Source: Azolla caroliniana (Eukaryota > Plantae > Polypodiophyta). Taken from it: a stretch of 64,000 bases of DNA. How positions within the stretch are numbered: the first letter of the stretch is position 1; each line of letters starts with the position of its first letter. A program made the translations under genes and the position numbers. Below are positions 60,438 through 64,000 of the stretch, piece after piece. Under the pieces are notes generated by a model, which made no database searches, was not told the origin of the DNA, and saw only the letters and a list, made by a program, of their open reading frames with translations. The stretch is taken from NCBI GenBank assembly GCA_043228905.1, contig JBHGNT010000012.1:3472001-3536000 (forward strand), written 5' to 3'.

Positions 60438-62355
60438 TCTGAAAACTGGCGTTTGAGATACCAAAGTTCCCAAAAATGATTTGATGCAGCTTGTATGGCA
60501 TTGAGCTAGTATGTGTATGGGATTTGACTTGTACCATTGTTTAATTTATCGGCAGAGACTTAGAGATTTGAATATAGAGTTATTTTTGGAAAAAAATTTA
60601 ATTGCATTAAAAAAGTTTGAAAAGACAATTTTGTGATACTATCAATGACTCTGAAATGTTGTTGATATAAGAGAAGGATTTTTATCATACATGCATTGAC
60701 TCACAGTCATTGATGCCACTAAGGTATAAAATCAAGAAAGTGACAAACTCAAGAATAAAGTTGCAACATTGTTGGAGAGTAGGATTAGAATGCATGCTTG
60801 AAAGTCAATGGTTCTCAATAAATGAGGTTGATAAGATAAAATATCGAGAAAATTACCAATTCAATATTTTAGGATTATGAATGAAATGCTATATCAATGT
60901 CTTCAAAAAGCAAAAATTAGCTGTGAGACCAATTAACATTGCCTTTGTAATATTTTGTTTCAATATCACAGTAGAATGGCATTTAATTGTCGTACATTAT
61001 TATTACATGCATAGCACAGAAATAATTATATTATTAGACATTGATATAATTGACAAAGGAGGTAATTAGCGGGTTACTTGTGTCATGTAGGTGTGGATGT
61101 ATATTTGCTATGAGCTAGTATTGATAGAAATAGTTGATTATGTGAGACTTGATTTAATCCTAGCAGTTCGCAATGGTTCATTTTGGGATTCTCAAATTTG
61201 AAACTTACATTTAACTTGATTTAATCAATAAATTGTTTCAAAGGATTTATAAATGGTTAAGTCATTTAGATGTGGCTTTTTGCAAACCAATATTGTGTTA
61301 ATTTTTGCACAATTCTTTTACCTATAGATTTAGCAAGAAGAAAATATTGGCTCTCAAATGTTGTGGTGTGTATGTGTTCCTTTGTGCCACCCTTTTAGCA
61401 CACCCCTTTTAGCACACATGTAGCTAAGACAACCAAAATGGGTACCTTTGTATCGACTATAAATTGAGCAAGAAGTAAGAAGTTAAGTAGGTTGGTCTTG
61501 ATCTCTTTATGTGCATTTCACAATATTATAATTTATTATGTTAATAGACTATAGCTCTTAATTTCATGGAGTTAATTCATATTTAATACAAATTTTGAAA
61601 ATGTCATTTCCCTAATTCATTATGTCATTTAAACGACAAATTGTTTAGTTGTTTTAGAAGCAAATCATTAAGGTGTTTAAGTCATAGTTTGAAGCCATTT
61701 AAACTATATGGCATAAACCATGAAGCCATGGAAAAACCCAACTGAACATTGAATTCCTAGGCCAAACTAAACCGAAATCTAGCTATTTGCAAGTTTTCGA
61801 ATTGGAATTGAATTAATTTGTGCTTTTTGTGCTTTTGTTTGACCCAAACCAAACCATTAATCTCTTTACAATTAGTTACATTATGTTAGTCTATTAAAAA
61901 TTACATGAGCAACCATGATAGTTGATTTCTCATCAATAATCCCTCTATTACTTCAAAGAAAATCCAAATATCTTGTCTACATTTGTTCCACGATTATTCA
62001 TCTCCATTACTATCTTGAAAACTTCATGTAAAAAGTTGATCATTTTTTCGTGATTAACTCCTCTTAATTACCCTCACTAAAGGATATTGGTTTTCACCAT
62101 TTGTATATCTTATTCACCCTAACTCAATGCTCAAGTTGTCCATTCACTAGAGCGCCTTAATTAATCCGTAATTACTTGTGTTCTTCTCAACTTCTCAAAT
62201 GGAACTCTTGCATGAATGCCCCAATTTTTTTAAAGAATGGATCTATTTATTATTAAGTCTTTGAGCAACCTTATGTTAGATAATATACTTGGAAGTCAAA
62301 ATATGACCTATAGGACCAAAAGCCAATATGAACTTTCCTTGAACAAAAATATAAG

Positions 62356-62675
62356 CAAATGCAATTCATCCCATTTTCCAAACCTTTTGTTCATATCTTG
62401 TGTCCATCTTAGACCCAAACTTTTGTTTTTACGCATCTTGTGAGTATTTTTACTTGCTCCCCATGCAATTCTAGGAATAACATATTAGAGGATAAAAAAA
62501 CGTACTCTTGGACAAAAATATAAATACATGGTGAAGCAAAAGTAATTCATCCCATTGTCCAAAACATTTCTTCATATCTTGTGTCCATCTTAGACCTAAA
62601 CTTTTGCTTTTAAGCGTCTTTTGAATATTTTTACTTGCCCCCCATGCAATTCTAGGAATAAAATATTAGAGGATC
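62356..62675. repeat. Tandem duplication, ~181-bp period
   Basis: AATTCATCCCATT..TTCATATCTTGTGTCCATCTTAGACC..CCCCATGCAATTCTAGGAATAA occurs twice. Confidence 0.85.
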
Positions 62676-62749
62676 AAGAAACCTTTGCATTCCATTTTGC
62701 AACCTTTTTCAGTATTTGCTGTGGAGAAAGAGGGATAAGACGGGGACAC

Positions 62750-62980
62750 ATGGGTTCCATGGAAACATCTAACAACCCCTAAGCCCTTGGGGGAACAAAA
62801 ATATTGAATTTATCCATGCATATGATGGCGTGTAGATTTTTGATATTGCAAGATATGTGTTGCAGACGTATGGGATCCATTAAAACATCTAACAACCCCA
62901 AAGCCCTTGGAGGAACATTAATATTGAATTTATCCATGCATATGATGGCTCGTATATTTATGATATTAAAAAACATGTGT
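62750..62980. repeat. Tandem duplication, 120-bp period
   Basis: AAACATCTAACAACCCC.AAGCCCTTGG..ATATTGAATTTATCCATGCATATGATGGC occurs twice. Confidence 0.88.
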
Positions 62981-63257
62981 TTCAACCCACAATTGTGGAT
63001 ATATATTGTTTACTATTTCATTGAGAATAAGGGCGTAGCACATGAGAGGACAATAATTAAGGTATCACGTTCACAATTACTTAATGGAAGTATTATAGCT
63101 AAAATTCCTCGTCCTTCATATGCCTAACATTTGGTTGTCTTACAACATGAAGCACACTCTATATTTGTATGGGAATTGTAAAGAATCGGGAGTGATTTTG
63201 TGCAGTGGAAGAGAGAGAGAGAGAGAGAGAAGGGGGGGGGGGGGGGGGGGTGCAGAT

Positions 63258-63326
63258 GGATGTAGCTCAGTTGGTAAGGTTGCCCAATGGAGACCAGGTG
63301 GTCATGGGTTCAACCCCTACATTCCA
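63258..63326 (+). pseudogene. tRNA-derived sequence (SINE head or pseudo-tRNA)
   Basis: A-box TAGCTCAGTTGG, B-box GGTTCAACCCC and paired ends GGATGTAG/CTACATTCC. The anticodon arm is not canonical. Confidence 0.6.
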
Positions 63327-63377
63327 TAGTGACATCTAGAGAATTAAGAGTATATGAAGTATATAATAGAGAGGCGA

Positions 63378-63440
63378 GGAAATTGGGTCTCGAACCCATG
63401 ACACAATGCTTGTAGCGTCAGCAACTTACCACTAGGGTAA
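63378..63440 (-). pseudogene. Second, more decayed tRNA-derived sequence
   Basis: Minus strand reads CCCTAGTGGTAAGTTGCTGACG..GTCATGGGTTCGAGACCC (A- and B-box-like). Confidence 0.45.
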
Positions 63441-64000
63441 AGTAATTACGAGAAAAAAACAAAAAGAGAGAGAGAGAACACAATGTATATAGAAAAAACA
63501 AGAAAATTGTAATAACATGACCCAACAATTACAAAGAGAAGGAGAAGGTGCTTATGTAGTCACCTTCTCTCTAAGTTCTCTCACTAGGACCGCCTCTTGG
63601 GAAAGAGGTGGAGTCTTAACCACTTAGGAAATATGTGTCATAGGACTTAAAGTTCTATGACACACTAGTTGCTATATACTAGGAGGTGGGGTGTTCACAC
63701 GCTTGAGTATACTGAGGTGTGTTCCCACACTAGGGAAGTTGAGTTTGATTCTCAAAATGGCCTCTTAGACATAACTTCCGGCCTCCGGATAGTTGGTTCG
63801 AATTGATCTTCAGATCAACTTTGATAGTCGGCTTCGGCTATGAGTGATTGGTTCACTCATGTGTTTGTTCTGCTCTGTTCGACTTCGTGTCGAACGACTC
63901 CTTATCCATACTCCCTCTCAAGCTCGGCTGGTCGGCAATAGAAAGACCTAGGTTCGTAGTGAACTACCGCAACTTGTCGGCTCCCAGGACCTTCATGAAG

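Noticed and set aside
63508-64000. Possible LTR edge (TGTAATAAC...) at the window end
   Set aside because: No partner LTR, PBS or coding sequence is visible in the window.

Overview
Land-plant nuclear DNA; the PPR style and Tcn1-like chromovirus suggest a seed-free plant such as a fern (inference). Bases 1-14 kb are a retrotransposon nest. It holds a young full-length Ty1/copia element (524-6134, TSD GGTTA), two truncated older copies of the same family on the minus strand, and a decayed chromodomain Ty3/gypsy. The rest of the window contains five host genes: a PLS-class PPR, a GYF-domain EXA1/GIGYF-like gene, NTRC, LOLITA/TSPOON and an RBD1-like chloroplast RRM gene. There is also a decayed LINE, several MITEs and microsatellites. 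The main finding is an old inverted duplication with arms of ~4.3 and ~4.9 kb (~43230-47525 and ~52670-57610) that brackets LOLITA. It gives NTRC and the RRM gene homologous upstream regions, homologous transit-peptide first exons and homologous splice donors. Both exon copies remain open and phase-compatible, and each uses a different ATG, which points to transit-peptide and promoter recruitment between two unrelated plastid genes. Second, the intact copia element is strongly enriched for the tetramer CCGG. All alignments, counts and family assignments were made by eye or from memory; no searches were run.
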